DNA from: Candidatus Nanopelagicales bacterium
GTDB taxonomy: Bacteria; Actinomycetota; Actinomycetes; S36-B12
Direction of reading: 5' to 3'
Length of the DNA: 64,000 nucleotides
Assembly (NCBI GenBank): GCA_012103605.1
Contig: WLWL01000002.1
Coordinates: forward strand, 7,507 to 71,506
Position numbers and translations under genes: made by a program
Shown here: piece after piece, positions 9,858 through 20,452 of the stretch
How positions within the stretch are numbered: position 1 is the stretch's first letter
Layout of the letters: each line of letters starts with the position of its first letter
The notes under the pieces: model-generated
Told to the model about the DNA's origin: nothing
Database searches by the model: none
The model's input: only the letters and a program-made list of their open reading frames with translations

Positions 9858-10856
9858 CTACGGGCGTGGGTTCGGCGACTTCGTCAGGCTCGGATCGCTC
9901 ATGACGAGATCCCCGAGGGCGTAATCGATCGCACTCATGACGTCGTCGGGCAGAGTGATGCCTGCGGCCTTGACGTTTTCGTCGATTTGCTCGGGCCGAG
10001 AGGCGCCGATGATCGCCGCGGCCACGTTGGGGTTCGTGAGCACCCAGGCGATAGCCAACTGCGACAAGGTGAGATCCATGTCGCGGGCGATGGGGGCGAG
10101 TCGCTGAACCGCATGAAGGACGTCATCCCGCATCCAACGTTCGATCATCGATGCACCTTCACCCCCGGACGCGCGCGACCCCGCTGGCGGTTGCTGCCCC
10201 GGTTCGTACTTTCCGGTGAGAACCCCCTGCGCCATCGGCGACCACACGATTTGCCCGATGCCCAGTTCCTCGCATGCTGGAACCACCTCCGCTTCGATCA
10301 CTCGGTAGAGCATTGAGTATTGCGGCTGGTTGCTGATGATCCGGTCGAAGCCCATGTCTGCGGCGATCCGCGTGGCTTCGCGAATCTCATCCGCTGTCCA
10401 CTCCGACACCCCAACGTAGAGCACCTTGCCCTGACGAACGAGATCATCGAAGGCACGCAAGGTCTCCTCGAGCGGAGTGCTGTAGTCGTACCGGTGTGCT
10501 TGGTAGAGGTCGACGTAGTCGGTCTGCAGCCGTCGAAGCGAGGCCTCGCAGGACTCCATGATGTGTTTGCGAGACAGGCCACGATCGTTCACACCCGCTC
10601 CGGTGGGCCAGTAGACCTTCGTGAAGATCTCCACTCCTTCGCGTCGTTGGCCGCGAAGTGCTGCACCCATGACCTCTTCGGCACGGGTGCCGGCATAGAC
10701 GTCCGCGGTGTCGAACGTCGTGATTCCTGCATCGAGAGCCGCATGAATCGTCGCGTGCGCGGTGGTGTCGTCCACCTGCGAGCCGTGCGTAATCCAGTTG
10801 CCGTATGTCAGGGCGCTGATCTTCAGCCCACTGCGCCCGAGGTGCCGAAATTCCAT
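9858..10856 (-). CDS. aldo/keto reductase
   Basis: MEFRHLGRSGL, FDTADVY, SLRRLQTDYVDLYQAH, WSPMAQGVLTGKY. Confidence 0.93.
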   Translation of the reverse strand: MEFRHLGRSGLKISALTYGNWITHGSQVDDTTAHATIHAALDAGITTFDTADVYAGTRAEEVMGAALRGQRREGVEIFTKVYWPTGAGVNDRGLSRKHIMESCEASLRRLQTDYVDLYQAHRYDYSTPLEETLRAFDDLVRQGKVLYVGVSEWTADEIREATRIAADMGFDRIISNQPQYSMLYRVIEAEVVPACEELGIGQIVWSPMAQGVLTGKYEPGQQPPAGSRASGGEGASMIERWMRDDVLHAVQRLAPIARDMDLTLSQLAIAWVLTNPNVAAAIIGASRPEQIDENVKAAGITLPDDVMSAIDYALGDLVMSDPSLTKSPNPRP

Positions 10857-11017
10857 GACCACAAACCCTAGTGCGCACGGGTTCTCACCCGAACGGCTGC
10901 GACGGGAGATGACGAGGGATGACGAGAGAGTCGGTGAATCCGACCGAGGGCTACGCTCACAGTCCGAACGTCCGGTTCGATCAAGCGGTACGTCACGTCG
11001 TAAGTGAGGGGTGTCCG

Positions 11018-11809
11018 ATGGCAGATGTCGATGGTGAGTTCGTGAGCGTGAGCGTTGAGTCGGACGTCGCGACGATCACGCTGCAGCGTCCACCCATGAA
11101 TGCACTAGATGCCACCGTGCAAGAAGAGATCCGGCAGGCGGCTGAGGTGGTGTCCGAGGACGGGTCGATCGGCGCCGTCATCGTGTATGGCGGCCCGAAA
11201 GTCTTCGCCGCGGGAGCAGATATCGCCGAGATGTCGACGATGGGCTACGTCGACATGGTGCACCGCTCGCGTGGTCTTCGCAGCGCCTTTTCGACTGTCG
11301 CCCAGATCCCTCAGCCGACCATCGCGGCGATCACCGGGTACGCCCTCGGAGGTGGCCTGGAGTTGGCTATGTGTTGCGACTTTCGGGTCGCTGGCGACAA
11401 CGCGAAAGTCGGCCAACCCGAGATCGCCCTTGGCATCATTCCGGGCGCAGGTGGAACCCAGCGCCTGCCGCGCCTCATCGGACCCGCCCGTGCCAAGGAT
11501 CTCGTCTTCAGTGGTCGATTCGTGGGGGCGGACGAAGCGCTCGCGATCGGTCTTGTCGACCGGGTGTGTGCCCCGGATGACGTTTACTCCGAAGCGTTGA
11601 CCTGGGCGAAGGCTCTCGCGAAGGGGCCGCGAATTGCCTTGCAGGCAGCGAAGGCGGCTATCGATGCGGGACTCGACGTGGATTTGGATACGGGACTGCA
11701 GATCGAACGAGTGCAGTTCGCGGCACTGTTCGCCACCGACGACCAGAGAATCGGCATGGAGTCTTTCCTGGAGAACGGACCCGGCAAAGCAGAGTTCACC
11801 GGTCGCTAA
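11018..11809 (+). CDS. enoyl-CoA hydratase (EchA17-like)
   Basis: FAAGADI, GYALGGGLELA, GQPEIALGIIPGAGGTQRL. Confidence 0.92.
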   Translation: MADVDGEFVSVSVESDVATITLQRPPMNALDATVQEEIRQAAEVVSEDGSIGAVIVYGGPKVFAAGADIAEMSTMGYVDMVHRSRGLRSAFSTVAQIPQPTIAAITGYALGGGLELAMCCDFRVAGDNAKVGQPEIALGIIPGAGGTQRLPRLIGPARAKDLVFSGRFVGADEALAIGLVDRVCAPDDVYSEALTWAKALAKGPRIALQAAKAAIDAGLDVDLDTGLQIERVQFAALFATDDQRIGMESFLENGPGKAEFTGR

Positions 11810-11826
11810 GGACGGCGGCCGACGAG

Positions 11827-12807
11827 ATGACGAATGACATGGGCGACGCCGTGAGTGACGCTGTTAGCGATGCGGCGCCGTCGGTGGACGCTCTGGACGC
11901 TGCCTGGAGTGATCCGAAGTTGGCCAATGTCGTCTACCACGACTGGGAAGCGGCAACCTATGACGACAAGTGGAGCATTTCGTACGACGAACGGTGTATC
12001 GAGTACGCGCGAGATATCTTCGATCGCCTCGTCGGCGATCAGATGCACCTGCCCGCGGAGACCGCACTCGAGATCGGCGGCGGTACCGGATTCTTTCTGC
12101 TGAACCTGATGCAATCCGGTGTGGCGACGTCGGGGACCGTGACCGACATTTCCCAGGGAATGGTTGATCAGGCGGTACGTAACGCGGAGCAGTTGGGTCT
12201 GCAGGTCTCAGGACAGGTCGCTGATGTGGAAGAACTGCCTTTCGATGATTCGTCTTTCGACCTCGTCGTCGGTCACGCCTTTCTCCATCACATCCCCGAC
12301 GTCGATCAGGCGCTGCGGGAGATCATGCGTGTGCTACGCCCGGGCGGGCGTTTCGTTGTGTGCGGCGAGCCGACCCGCAAGGGGGACTTTGTTGCCCGTC
12401 GTTTGTCCCGGCTCACGTGGCGGTCTGCACGTTTCGCTGCTGCCCTGCCGCTGATCCCGAACAACTGGGCGAAGTCGTCCGAGGAACTCGAACTATCGTC
12501 ACGCGAAGAGGCGTTGGAGGCGATCGTGGACCTGCATACGTTCGATCCGGAGCGTCTTGCAGCGGCCTGCATGACTGCGGGGGCGGTGGATGTTCGTACC
12601 TGCATGGAGGAGTTGACGGCCGCGTGGTTCGGGTGGCCGGTGCGCACCTTCGAGGCAGCGGTGAAGCCGGGTGTGCTCGGTTGGTCGTGGGCGAACTTCG
12701 CCTACCGAGGATGGCAGCGATTGAACGCTCTCGACCGTCACGTCCTCGCCGCCGTCGTCCCTGACGGGTTCTTCTACAACGTAGGTGTGACCGGGGTGAA
12801 GCCGTAG
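11827..12807 (+). CDS. class I SAM-dependent methyltransferase (Rv3038c-like)
   Basis: YHDWEAATYDDKWSISYDERC, LEIGGGTG, FDLVVGHAFLHH. Confidence 0.85.
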   Translation: MTNDMGDAVSDAVSDAAPSVDALDAAWSDPKLANVVYHDWEAATYDDKWSISYDERCIEYARDIFDRLVGDQMHLPAETALEIGGGTGFFLLNLMQSGVATSGTVTDISQGMVDQAVRNAEQLGLQVSGQVADVEELPFDDSSFDLVVGHAFLHHIPDVDQALREIMRVLRPGGRFVVCGEPTRKGDFVARRLSRLTWRSARFAAALPLIPNNWAKSSEELELSSREEALEAIVDLHTFDPERLAAACMTAGAVDVRTCMEELTAAWFGWPVRTFEAAVKPGVLGWSWANFAYRGWQRLNALDRHVLAAVVPDGFFYNVGVTGVKP

Positions 12808-14084
12808 TGCGTATTTGTCATCTGTCGTGGGAGTTCCCCCCTGTTGTGTACGGGGGCCTAGGGCGTCACGTCCATGCCGTGGCAACCCAGCAGGCGAGGG
12901 ATGGCCACGACGTAACGGTGATCTCGCACGTCGGGTTGACCGCAGACGATGCCACCGCCGAGGAAATCGACGAGGTGGTGGAGGGGGTGAGGGTCATTCG
13001 TGTTGCTCGAGATGCCCCGTTCGTTCCCTTCGATGCGGAGACGCTCATGGGTTGGGTCTCGGGACTGGAATCAGCGATGACCCGACGGGCTTTGCACCTG
13101 GATCGAACCTGGAAGCCAGACGTTGTGCACGCTCATGACTGGCTCACCGCTCGCGCCGCCGCCACGGTGACCGAAGAGATCGGTGTTCCGTGGGTGCACA
13201 CCATTCATGCGACCGAGGCCGGTCGCCATCAAGGGTGGTTGCCCAACGGCCTGTCTCGCACCATTCATAGCGTCGAACAATGGTCGGTGGATCACGCAGA
13301 TCGGATCTTGGTGTGCAGCAGGCACATGAAGTGGGAAGTGGAGCGCCTGTTCGGCATGTCGGATGTGGCGGTGATCCCGAACGGCATCGATTCGCCGCCC
13401 CCTCTCGTCGATACGACTGCTGCCGCATCCATCGTCACGCAGCAGGGGCGCCCGCTCATCGTCCACACGGGACGCTTGGAGTGGGAGAAGGGTGCACACA
13501 CGGTGATCGAAGCGATGCCGTTCATCCGCCGCGCCTTTCCTGAGGCTCACCTCGTGGTTGCGGGGCGCGGATCCCAGCAGGAGGCTCTGAAAGAACTGGC
13601 CCACGACAAAGACGTTGCATCGCGAGTGGATTTCACCGGCTGGCTGCCGGATGCCCAACTACGGGCGCTGGTGCGAGACGCTGACGTCGCCGTCGTTCCA
13701 TCCATCTACGAACCGTTCGGCATCGTTGCGCTCGAAGCCGCCGTTCTGGGAACGCCAGTCGTCACGTCGAGGGCGGGTGGCCTCGCGGAATTTGTGGATA
13801 ACGATCGGCACGGTTGGTCCTTCGACGCAGGCAACGCACGCGAACTCGGCGATGCGGTTATCTCGTGTGTCAACGACGCTGCAGAATCACGTGCGCGAGC
13901 GGATCGAGCCCAAAGTCATGTGCTCGCCGAGCACGGATGGGCGTCCATCACCGAGCGCATCGTGGACGAGTACCGGGCCACTCAGGCGAAGGTCAATACC
14001 CGGGGCAGCGGTGCGCGAAAAGCGGTCGGGGCGTGGGCGGACGATGTCGAAATCAACGGAAACCTGTTATTCGATGTCCAGTGA
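12807..14084 (+). CDS. GT4 alpha-1,4-glucosyltransferase (Rv3032-like)
   Basis: SWEFPPVVYGGLGRHV, HAHDWL, TIHATEAGRHQGW, PSIYEPFGIVALEA. Confidence 0.88.
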   Translation: MRICHLSWEFPPVVYGGLGRHVHAVATQQARDGHDVTVISHVGLTADDATAEEIDEVVEGVRVIRVARDAPFVPFDAETLMGWVSGLESAMTRRALHLDRTWKPDVVHAHDWLTARAAATVTEEIGVPWVHTIHATEAGRHQGWLPNGLSRTIHSVEQWSVDHADRILVCSRHMKWEVERLFGMSDVAVIPNGIDSPPPLVDTTAAASIVTQQGRPLIVHTGRLEWEKGAHTVIEAMPFIRRAFPEAHLVVAGRGSQQEALKELAHDKDVASRVDFTGWLPDAQLRALVRDADVAVVPSIYEPFGIVALEAAVLGTPVVTSRAGGLAEFVDNDRHGWSFDAGNARELGDAVISCVNDAAESRARADRAQSHVLAEHGWASITERIVDEYRATQAKVNTRGSGARKAVGAWADDVEINGNLLFDVQ

Positions 14085-14877
14085 GATGGCGAACGACGTG
14101 CCCGACAACGACGTACCCGACAACGACGCATCCGGCCCCACGGCCGAGCCGGTGCGGGAAGACCTAGCCGCGGTCGAGCCGTGGCGATGGTGGGGATGGG
14201 CGACACTGCGATGGATCATCGACAAGCGAGCTGTCAGTCCCTGGTATCTCATCCGGTACGTGAGGTTCCTGCGGGTGGTGGTGTTTACCCGCGGGGTGAC
14301 ATTCACCGGCCCCGTTTTTCTCGGCCGAGGTGCGCGTTTCGAAGTTCGACACCGCGTCGGTCGGGTCATTCTCGGTCGTTGGGTGCATCTAGGAAGCGGC
14401 ACGGTGGTTCGGTGCCACGAGGGGACGCTGCGCATCGGTGACAAATGCGTCTTCGGTCAGAACAACACGATCAACTGTCACCTCGACGTCGAGATCGGTG
14501 AGGAATGCATCGTTGCGGACTCGGTGTACGTCGGGGACTTCGATCACCGAATGGACGTGACCGACGCGCCCATTCGCTCGCAAGGGCTCGTGAAGAGCCC
14601 GGTCACCATCGGCCCGGACGTGTGGCTGGGTGTGAAGTCGACCATTCTTCGCGGAAGTGTCCTCGGCCGTGGGTGCGTGGTGGGAGCGCACGCGCTGGTG
14701 CGGGGCGACGTTCCCGAATTTTCCATTGTCGGTGGAGTCCCGGCTCGCGTCATCGCCGATCGTCGCGTGCGGGAGGCGCAGTCAGAACAGGTACGCCGGG
14801 ATGTGGCGGACATGGCGCGCAAGGCTCGCGAAGCAACACGCGATCGAATTCACCTACGGGACACCAATCCCGTGTGA
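14074..14877 (+). CDS. hexapeptide-repeat acyltransferase (Rv3034c-like)
   Basis: RCHEGTLRIGDKCVFG, DFDH, IRSQGLVKSPVTIGPDVWLG. Start could be 14086. Confidence 0.85.
   Translation: MSSEMANDVPDNDVPDNDASGPTAEPVREDLAAVEPWRWWGWATLRWIIDKRAVSPWYLIRYVRFLRVVVFTRGVTFTGPVFLGRGARFEVRHRVGRVILGRWVHLGSGTVVRCHEGTLRIGDKCVFGQNNTINCHLDVEIGEECIVADSVYVGDFDHRMDVTDAPIRSQGLVKSPVTIGPDVWLGVKSTILRGSVLGRGCVVGAHALVRGDVPEFSIVGGVPARVIADRRVREAQSEQVRRDVADMARKAREATRDRIHLRDTNPV
14092..14128 (+). repeat. 15-bp tandem repeat (about 2.5 copies) encoding NDVPD
   Basis: AACGACGTGCCCGAC AACGACGTACCCGAC AACGACG. Confidence 0.8.
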
Positions 14878-16380
14878 CTCGGGATGCCACGTTCGGGAGT
14901 CCAGGAACGGCAAGCGAGTGTCACGCGTGGGGATCTGCGATTGCCCGGGTTCGTGGCCGGCGCTGTGGAGGAGTTCGGCTACCCGCTGAAAATGCCCGTT
15001 GGCTCGATTGCGGGCGTAGTCGGCCGCAGAGTCTTTGGTGATCATGAATGCCCAGTCGCTGGCGAGGGCAAGAAACGTTTCGGTCGCAAGAGCGTCCCCG
15101 AAGTGATCGCGACCGGTGCGGTGTGAACGATGGTGAGATGCCAGGTAGTCACAGACCGCGTTTTGGATAGTGCGGCCGCGCATGTGGAGCTCGCCCGCTT
15201 CGCCTTCTTCCCACACACCGAAGTTCTTACCGCTTCCCCAACTTCCGCTCGGAAGTTCGATTGGTGGGCTGTCCGCGGCCCGGGAACGCTCTCGAGACAG
15301 GGTGGTGAGCTGGATCCCAGCCTCTGGCACTTTGTCCAACAGGCGCGCAAGGAACGCGGGGCCCTCGTGCCACCAATGTCCGAAGAGTTCGGTGTCGTAG
15401 GCAGCGACGATGACCGGATCAGGGGTGGGGCTGTTGAGCATGATCGTTCGAGCAGCGGAGATGAAGTCATCCACATCGCGGTCGATGCTCGCCGCGGTGG
15501 CGTGAGGTTCGTACGGATCCTTGGCATCGGATTGTTTGTCCGTCACTCGGTACGACCGCATTCCCCAGGCGTGATCGAATGAGTGGAAGTCGAGGTACCA
15601 AGGATCCCCGGGGTAGCCACTGTCGGGGGACCACACTCGATAGGTGAGCTCGAGATCGCGACCGAAAGCCACCACGTCGGTATCGCCGATTCGGTGCGCC
15701 TGGTGCAACGGTGCGCCGGCGCGTTGCAGCGTCGGCCCGTCGACCATGAAATGGCTGACTCCATGGCGTGCGTAGAACTGCTCGAGCCCCGGGCGGTATG
15801 CGCACTCCGGGGCCCACATCCCGGTGGGCCGGTGGCCCACCCGAGCGGTCGTGTCCGCGAGCCCGGCCTGCAGCGAGAGGTCGATGAGCGGATCCGACAG
15901 GTGCGGCGTGAAGGCGTGGGTGAGTGGCCCGCCGAGGAGTTCGATGACCCCCGAGTCGACCAACGGTCGAAGGGCGGCGGATCCGCCCGCGGACCAGTGC
16001 TCGTCGAGTTCGTGTGCTGCAGTGATGGCGAGTTGGTAATTGCGCTGAGCGTCGCGGGCCGCTGACTTGTCGGCTGTCCGAGAGGCTTCGAGCGCCTTGC
16101 CACTGGCACGCGTGTGCCAGTCCGCGATCCAACGAGCCTGCTCGTGGACCGAGGTCCGGTCGTCCCATTGGGCGGCGAGAACTGGAGTCACGCCGAGGGT
16201 GAGTTGATCCGTCAAGCCGCGTTCGGCTCGCTCCCTAAGGAGCGCGAACATCGGGAGGTACGCGTGCGCCCAGGCTTGGCGAAGCCACTCCTCACCGACA
16301 GGCCAGGTGCCGTAGCCGAGAACCCACGGCATGTGGGTGTGCAGAACTATCGCTAATCGGCCGACGGTAGGTGTGGTCAC
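14854..16380 (-). CDS. GH57 1,4-alpha-glucan branching enzyme (Rv3031-like)
   Basis: VLHTHMPW, WPVGEEWL, GMWAPECAY, YDTELFGHWWHEG, ASDWAF. Confidence 0.9.
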   Translation of the reverse strand: MTTPTVGRLAIVLHTHMPWVLGYGTWPVGEEWLRQAWAHAYLPMFALLRERAERGLTDQLTLGVTPVLAAQWDDRTSVHEQARWIADWHTRASGKALEASRTADKSAARDAQRNYQLAITAAHELDEHWSAGGSAALRPLVDSGVIELLGGPLTHAFTPHLSDPLIDLSLQAGLADTTARVGHRPTGMWAPECAYRPGLEQFYARHGVSHFMVDGPTLQRAGAPLHQAHRIGDTDVVAFGRDLELTYRVWSPDSGYPGDPWYLDFHSFDHAWGMRSYRVTDKQSDAKDPYEPHATAASIDRDVDDFISAARTIMLNSPTPDPVIVAAYDTELFGHWWHEGPAFLARLLDKVPEAGIQLTTLSRERSRAADSPPIELPSGSWGSGKNFGVWEEGEAGELHMRGRTIQNAVCDYLASHHRSHRTGRDHFGDALATETFLALASDWAFMITKDSAADYARNRANGHFQRVAELLHSAGHEPGQSQIPTRDTRLPFLDSRTWHPESHGIGVP

Positions 16381-16389
16381 CGCAGAGCC

Positions 16390-17208
16390 TCACCACACGG
16401 CGATGAGGTCATGTGCTGACTCATCGTCGTCATCGATGGGTGTGACGGTGAAATCGTTGTGCGTCACCGAGGTCGCGTACGCCAGTGCCTCGGTGTCGAG
16501 TTCGATCAGTCGCTCCGGGAGAGAGCCGTGGACTTTCTCCCACTTTCTGAGCCGTTGCCCGTGGTGAAGGCCATACATCACGGGGCTGCGGTGTCCGGGT
16601 TGATGCTCGACTGCTTGTGCGAGCAGAGACCTCAACTCTGCGTCGTCGAATTCACGCACGTGGAAGGGGTTGACCGGAGATGCCCCGGGAGGCAGGCCCG
16701 GCGAGTGCACAGGGCGGTTGGGTGTGCTGACGATCACGGGGCCTCGAGTGCACCGATCCAGTTCGCGAAGGAATGCCAGGGGATCCCAGATGTGTTCGAT
16801 CACCTGCAGCGAGATCGATGCATCAAAGGACTCATCCTGAAATGGCAGGGCAACGAGATTCCCCACGAGGGCGCTGACGTGCGGATAGGTCCCACGCACG
16901 TGACCCATCGTCTGCACATCCAGATCGATGGCCACGACGGTGGCATCGGGGATCGTTGAACGCAGGTATTCGGAGCCGTACCCCTCGCCGGACCCGGCGT
17001 CCAGAAGGATTGATCCGCCGGATCGCATGCTGGGGGGATGGTGGCTGACCGATGAGGACACCGTCGCCGACGCCCAGTGGTAGCAGGCCTCATGCCGAGC
17101 GAACCAGTAGTTCTCAGAGGGGATTCCGGGCCAGGTGCGCTCCCCGGTGAGCACAGCTTCGGCGGCCGGATCGCCGAAATCTGGCGGGCCAGGGGGCACA
17201 TCGAGCAC
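16390..17208 (-). CDS. SAM-dependent methyltransferase (Rv3030-like)
   Basis: LTGERTWPGIPSENYWFARH, LDAGSGEGYG, LQVIEH, STPNR, NPFHVRE. Confidence 0.88.
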   Translation of the reverse strand: MLDVPPGPPDFGDPAAEAVLTGERTWPGIPSENYWFARHEACYHWASATVSSSVSHHPPSMRSGGSILLDAGSGEGYGSEYLRSTIPDATVVAIDLDVQTMGHVRGTYPHVSALVGNLVALPFQDESFDASISLQVIEHIWDPLAFLRELDRCTRGPVIVSTPNRPVHSPGLPPGASPVNPFHVREFDDAELRSLLAQAVEHQPGHRSPVMYGLHHGQRLRKWEKVHGSLPERLIELDTEALAYATSVTHNDFTVTPIDDDDESAHDLIAVW

Positions 17209-17259
17209 GGGGCGACCCTAGTCGCGAAGGCGACTCTCAGGAGGAGTCCCTGAGGCTAA

Positions 17260-17275
17260 GTTACTCGCGAGTAAC
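17260..17275. promoter_or_regulatory. perfect 16-bp operator palindrome adjacent to the etfB -10
   Basis: GTTACTCGCGAGTAAC followed after 1 nt by TATACT (17277-17282). Confidence 0.7.
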
Positions 17276-17349
17276 ATATACTGGAGAAGTTGCGCGACCA
17301 CGAGAAACAGCCATCATCGGCCGTGGAAGGACAGGGAGAGGTATCCACG

Positions 17350-18129
17350 ATGAAGATCGCCGTTTGTGTAAAGCAAGTCCCGGACACATGGGCTGAAAAG
17401 ACGCTGTCCGCTGAGGACTCAACTCTGGATCGGGCGGCCGCCGATGGCGTATTGAACGAGCTCGATGAGTACGCCGTGGAAGAGGCGTTGCAGCTCGCGG
17501 AGGCGCACGGAGGCGAAGTGACGGTTGTCTCGATGGGGCCGGAGAGGGCTGCCGAGACCGTGCGCAAAGCACTGTCGATGGGTGCAGATGCCGGAATTCA
17601 CGTTGTCGATGACTCTCTGCACGGGTCCGATGCCATCGCGACATCTGCGGTGCTGGCGGCGGCGCTGGAAGGTAAGGAGTTCGATCTGATCGTCTTCGGA
17701 TCGGAGTCCACCGACGCTCGTATGAGTGTTATCCCGGCCATGGTCGCCGAGCGCCTGGGCATCGCCCAGCTCACCTTCGCCCAACGGGTGTCGGTTTCCG
17801 GGTCGGACGTGACCATCGAGCGGGTCACCGACTACGGGTTCGACACCGTCACAGGTTCGACCCCCGCCGTCATCAGTGTCGTCGAGAAGATCAACGAACC
17901 GCGGTATCCGTCGTTCAAGGGAATCATGGCCGCCAAGAAGAAGCCGGTGGAGGCCGTCACCGTTGCCGATCTCGGGCTCGAAGCAGCCACTGTTGGACAG
18001 GCCGCAGCCTGGTCCGCGGTTCAAGATTTCGCTGCTCGCCCACCGAAGCCAGCGGGAACCGTCGTGACGGACGAGGGTGACGGTGGCTCCCGTATCGCGA
18101 CTTACCTGACCGAGCAGAAGTTCATCTAG
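17350..18129 (+). CDS. etfB: electron transfer flavoprotein beta subunit
   Basis: MKIAVCVKQVPDT, DEYAVEEAL, NEPRYPSFKGIMAAKKK. Confidence 0.95.
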   Translation: MKIAVCVKQVPDTWAEKTLSAEDSTLDRAAADGVLNELDEYAVEEALQLAEAHGGEVTVVSMGPERAAETVRKALSMGADAGIHVVDDSLHGSDAIATSAVLAAALEGKEFDLIVFGSESTDARMSVIPAMVAERLGIAQLTFAQRVSVSGSDVTIERVTDYGFDTVTGSTPAVISVVEKINEPRYPSFKGIMAAKKKPVEAVTVADLGLEAATVGQAAAWSAVQDFAARPPKPAGTVVTDEGDGGSRIATYLTEQKFI

Positions 18130-18142
18130 AAGGGATGCCGAC

Positions 18143-19102
18143 ATGACAACAGTTCTCGTCCTAGCAGAGCGCGACTCTTCCAACGGCACAGTGAAGAAGA
18201 CGACGCTGGAGTTGTTGACCTTGGCCCGACGCCTCGGGGAACCCCAGGTGGTGTGGTTCGGCGACCAGGGATCCGAGGCCGCTTCGGTTCTCGGGGAGTA
18301 CGGCGCGAGCGCCGTCCACGTCGTCGGCGGCCAAGACATGGCCGACCACCCCGTCGTTCCGATAGTGGATGTTCTCCAGGCTCTCGTCACTGAACTCGAC
18401 GCGACGGCTGTGCTCGTCCCCTCGTCGGCCGACGGGAAAGAAGCCGCGGGTCGGCTCGCTGTGCGGATCGGCAGCGGTGTCATCACCGACGCGGTGGATA
18501 TCAGCGAGGCCGGTGTTGCCAGGCAGAGTGTGTTCGGTGGCAGCACGGTCGTGCATTCCACGGTGACGCACGGCATTGGCATCTACACGGTGCGCCCGAA
18601 CTCGGTGGCCCCGGAATCGGCTCCCACCACCTGTTCCGTCATTGATGTCGACTCAACTGTCAGCGAAGCCGCCAAAACCGCTCGCGTGGTCGAGCGCACG
18701 GTGGCCGGCAAAGGCGGTCGTCCCGAGTTGACCGAAGCAGCTGTGGTTGTTTCCGGCGGTCGGGGTGTGGGCGGATCTGAAGGCTTTGAGGTGATCGAGA
18801 AGCTGGCCGATTCGCTCGGAGCGGCCGTGGGTGCTTCACGGGCGGCGACGGATGCCGGTTGGTACCCGCATCAGTATCAGGTCGGCCAGACGGGCAAGAC
18901 CGTCTCCCCGCAGCTCTACATCGCCAACGGAATTTCGGGCGCGATCCAGCATCGCGCCGGCATGCAGACCTCCAAGGTGGTCGTCGTGGTGAACAAGGAC
19001 GCCGAAGCACCGCTGTTTGAGCTTGCTGACTTCGGTGTGGTCGGGGACCTCTTCGAGGTTGTCCCTCAATTGACCGACGAGATCGACAGCCGCTCGAACT
19101 GA
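18143..19102 (+). CDS. etfA: electron transfer flavoprotein alpha subunit
   Basis: [35 protein letters not shown]. Confidence 0.95.
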   Translation: MTTVLVLAERDSSNGTVKKTTLELLTLARRLGEPQVVWFGDQGSEAASVLGEYGASAVHVVGGQDMADHPVVPIVDVLQALVTELDATAVLVPSSADGKEAAGRLAVRIGSGVITDAVDISEAGVARQSVFGGSTVVHSTVTHGIGIYTVRPNSVAPESAPTTCSVIDVDSTVSEAAKTARVVERTVAGKGGRPELTEAAVVVSGGRGVGGSEGFEVIEKLADSLGAAVGASRAATDAGWYPHQYQVGQTGKTVSPQLYIANGISGAIQHRAGMQTSKVVVVVNKDAEAPLFELADFGVVGDLFEVVPQLTDEIDSRSN

Positions 19103-19132
19103 TCGGTCGCTGTTCCTGGCTACCATCGGATG

Positions 19133-20452
19133 GTGAGTAACGGTTACGACGTGGATTCGGCACGCGATGTGACGCTCGCGCAGAGTGCTGGCGGGGGCGT
19201 TGTGGGGGGAGATGCCGATCGCTCTGTCCGGCACTTCGTCGACCACGCGGCAACGACTCCGCTGCTTCCCCAGGCACGTGAGGCCTGGCTGGACGCTTCA
19301 GACTCTGCTGGTAATCCATCGTCCCTGCATGCGTCCGGTCGTGCCGCTCGCAGGATCGTGGAACAGGCTCGGGAATCCATCGCCGACGATCTACGCACGC
19401 GACCCTCGGCGGTTGTCTTCACCTCTGGTGGAACCGAATCCGACAACCTCGCCGTCAAGGGGCTCTTGTGGGCCCGTCGGGCGCGACTGGGTGTTGCCGA
19501 TCCAATCGTGGCCGCATCGGCGATCGAGCACCACGCCGTCCTCGACCCCGTCGAATGGCTCGGCAAGCACGAGGGTGCGGACGTGCGGTGGATTCCGGTC
19601 GATGCATCCGGCCGAGTCGATGTGGATTTCATCGATCAGTTGTTGTCGTCGGCGGCCGAGCGAACGGCGCTGGTCTCGGTCATGTGGGCGAACAACGAGG
19701 TGGGCACCGTCCAGCCCGTCCGAGAAATAGCTGCGGCGTGCCGTAGCGCGGGTGTGCCCTTCCACACCGACGCAGTGCAGGCGCTCGGCCAAGTCCCCGT
19801 GGACCTGTCCGAGGTCGAAGCGACGGCTGTGACCATCAGTGGGCACAAGGTGGGTGGCCCGTTCGGTATCGGGGCTCTGATCGTCGACCCGTACGAGAGC
19901 CTCGTTGCCGTGTCCCATGGTGGTGGGCAAGAGCGAGATATTCGATCGGGCACCTTCGACGCGCCGGCTGCCGCCGCATTCGCCGTCGCGGTGCATCACG
20001 CGGTCGAGGAGCAGGCCGCACACGCCGCTCACCTGCGAAGCCTGCAAATCCAACTGGCAGAAGGAATCGTTTCTGTCGTTCCGGACGCGATCATCAACGG
20101 CCCAGTGGTCGGCGACCCCGCGACGCGCCTACCCGGAAACGTGCACGCTTCTTTTCCCGGCGCCGAGGGGGATGCTCTGCTGATGTTGCTCGATGCCGCG
20201 GGCGTCGATTGCTCAACGGGGTCGGCCTGCACCGCAGGGGTGCCCGAGCCCAGTCACGTTCTCCTCGCGATGGGTGTCGATGAGCGAACAGCGCGATCCT
20301 CGCTTCGCTTCAGTTTCGGTCGAACGTCTACCGCTGACGATGTGGCTGCCATCATTCGCGCCCTCCCCGGCGCGGTGGAGCGGGCGCGTCGTGCAGGTTC
20401 GGTTTCAAGCGACCGCTATCGGGCGGCCCGCGAGAACGAAGTCGATCGATGA
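19133..20452 (+). CDS. iscS: cysteine desulfurase
   Basis: DHAATTP, GNPSSLH, FTSGGTESDN, HTDAVQA, SGHK, STGSACTAG. Start uncertain. Confidence 0.9.
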   Translation: MSNGYDVDSARDVTLAQSAGGGVVGGDADRSVRHFVDHAATTPLLPQAREAWLDASDSAGNPSSLHASGRAARRIVEQARESIADDLRTRPSAVVFTSGGTESDNLAVKGLLWARRARLGVADPIVAASAIEHHAVLDPVEWLGKHEGADVRWIPVDASGRVDVDFIDQLLSSAAERTALVSVMWANNEVGTVQPVREIAAACRSAGVPFHTDAVQALGQVPVDLSEVEATAVTISGHKVGGPFGIGALIVDPYESLVAVSHGGGQERDIRSGTFDAPAAAAFAVAVHHAVEEQAAHAAHLRSLQIQLAEGIVSVVPDAIINGPVVGDPATRLPGNVHASFPGAEGDALLMLLDAAGVDCSTGSACTAGVPEPSHVLLAMGVDERTARSSLRFSFGRTSTADDVAAIIRALPGAVERARRAGSVSSDRYRAARENEVDR

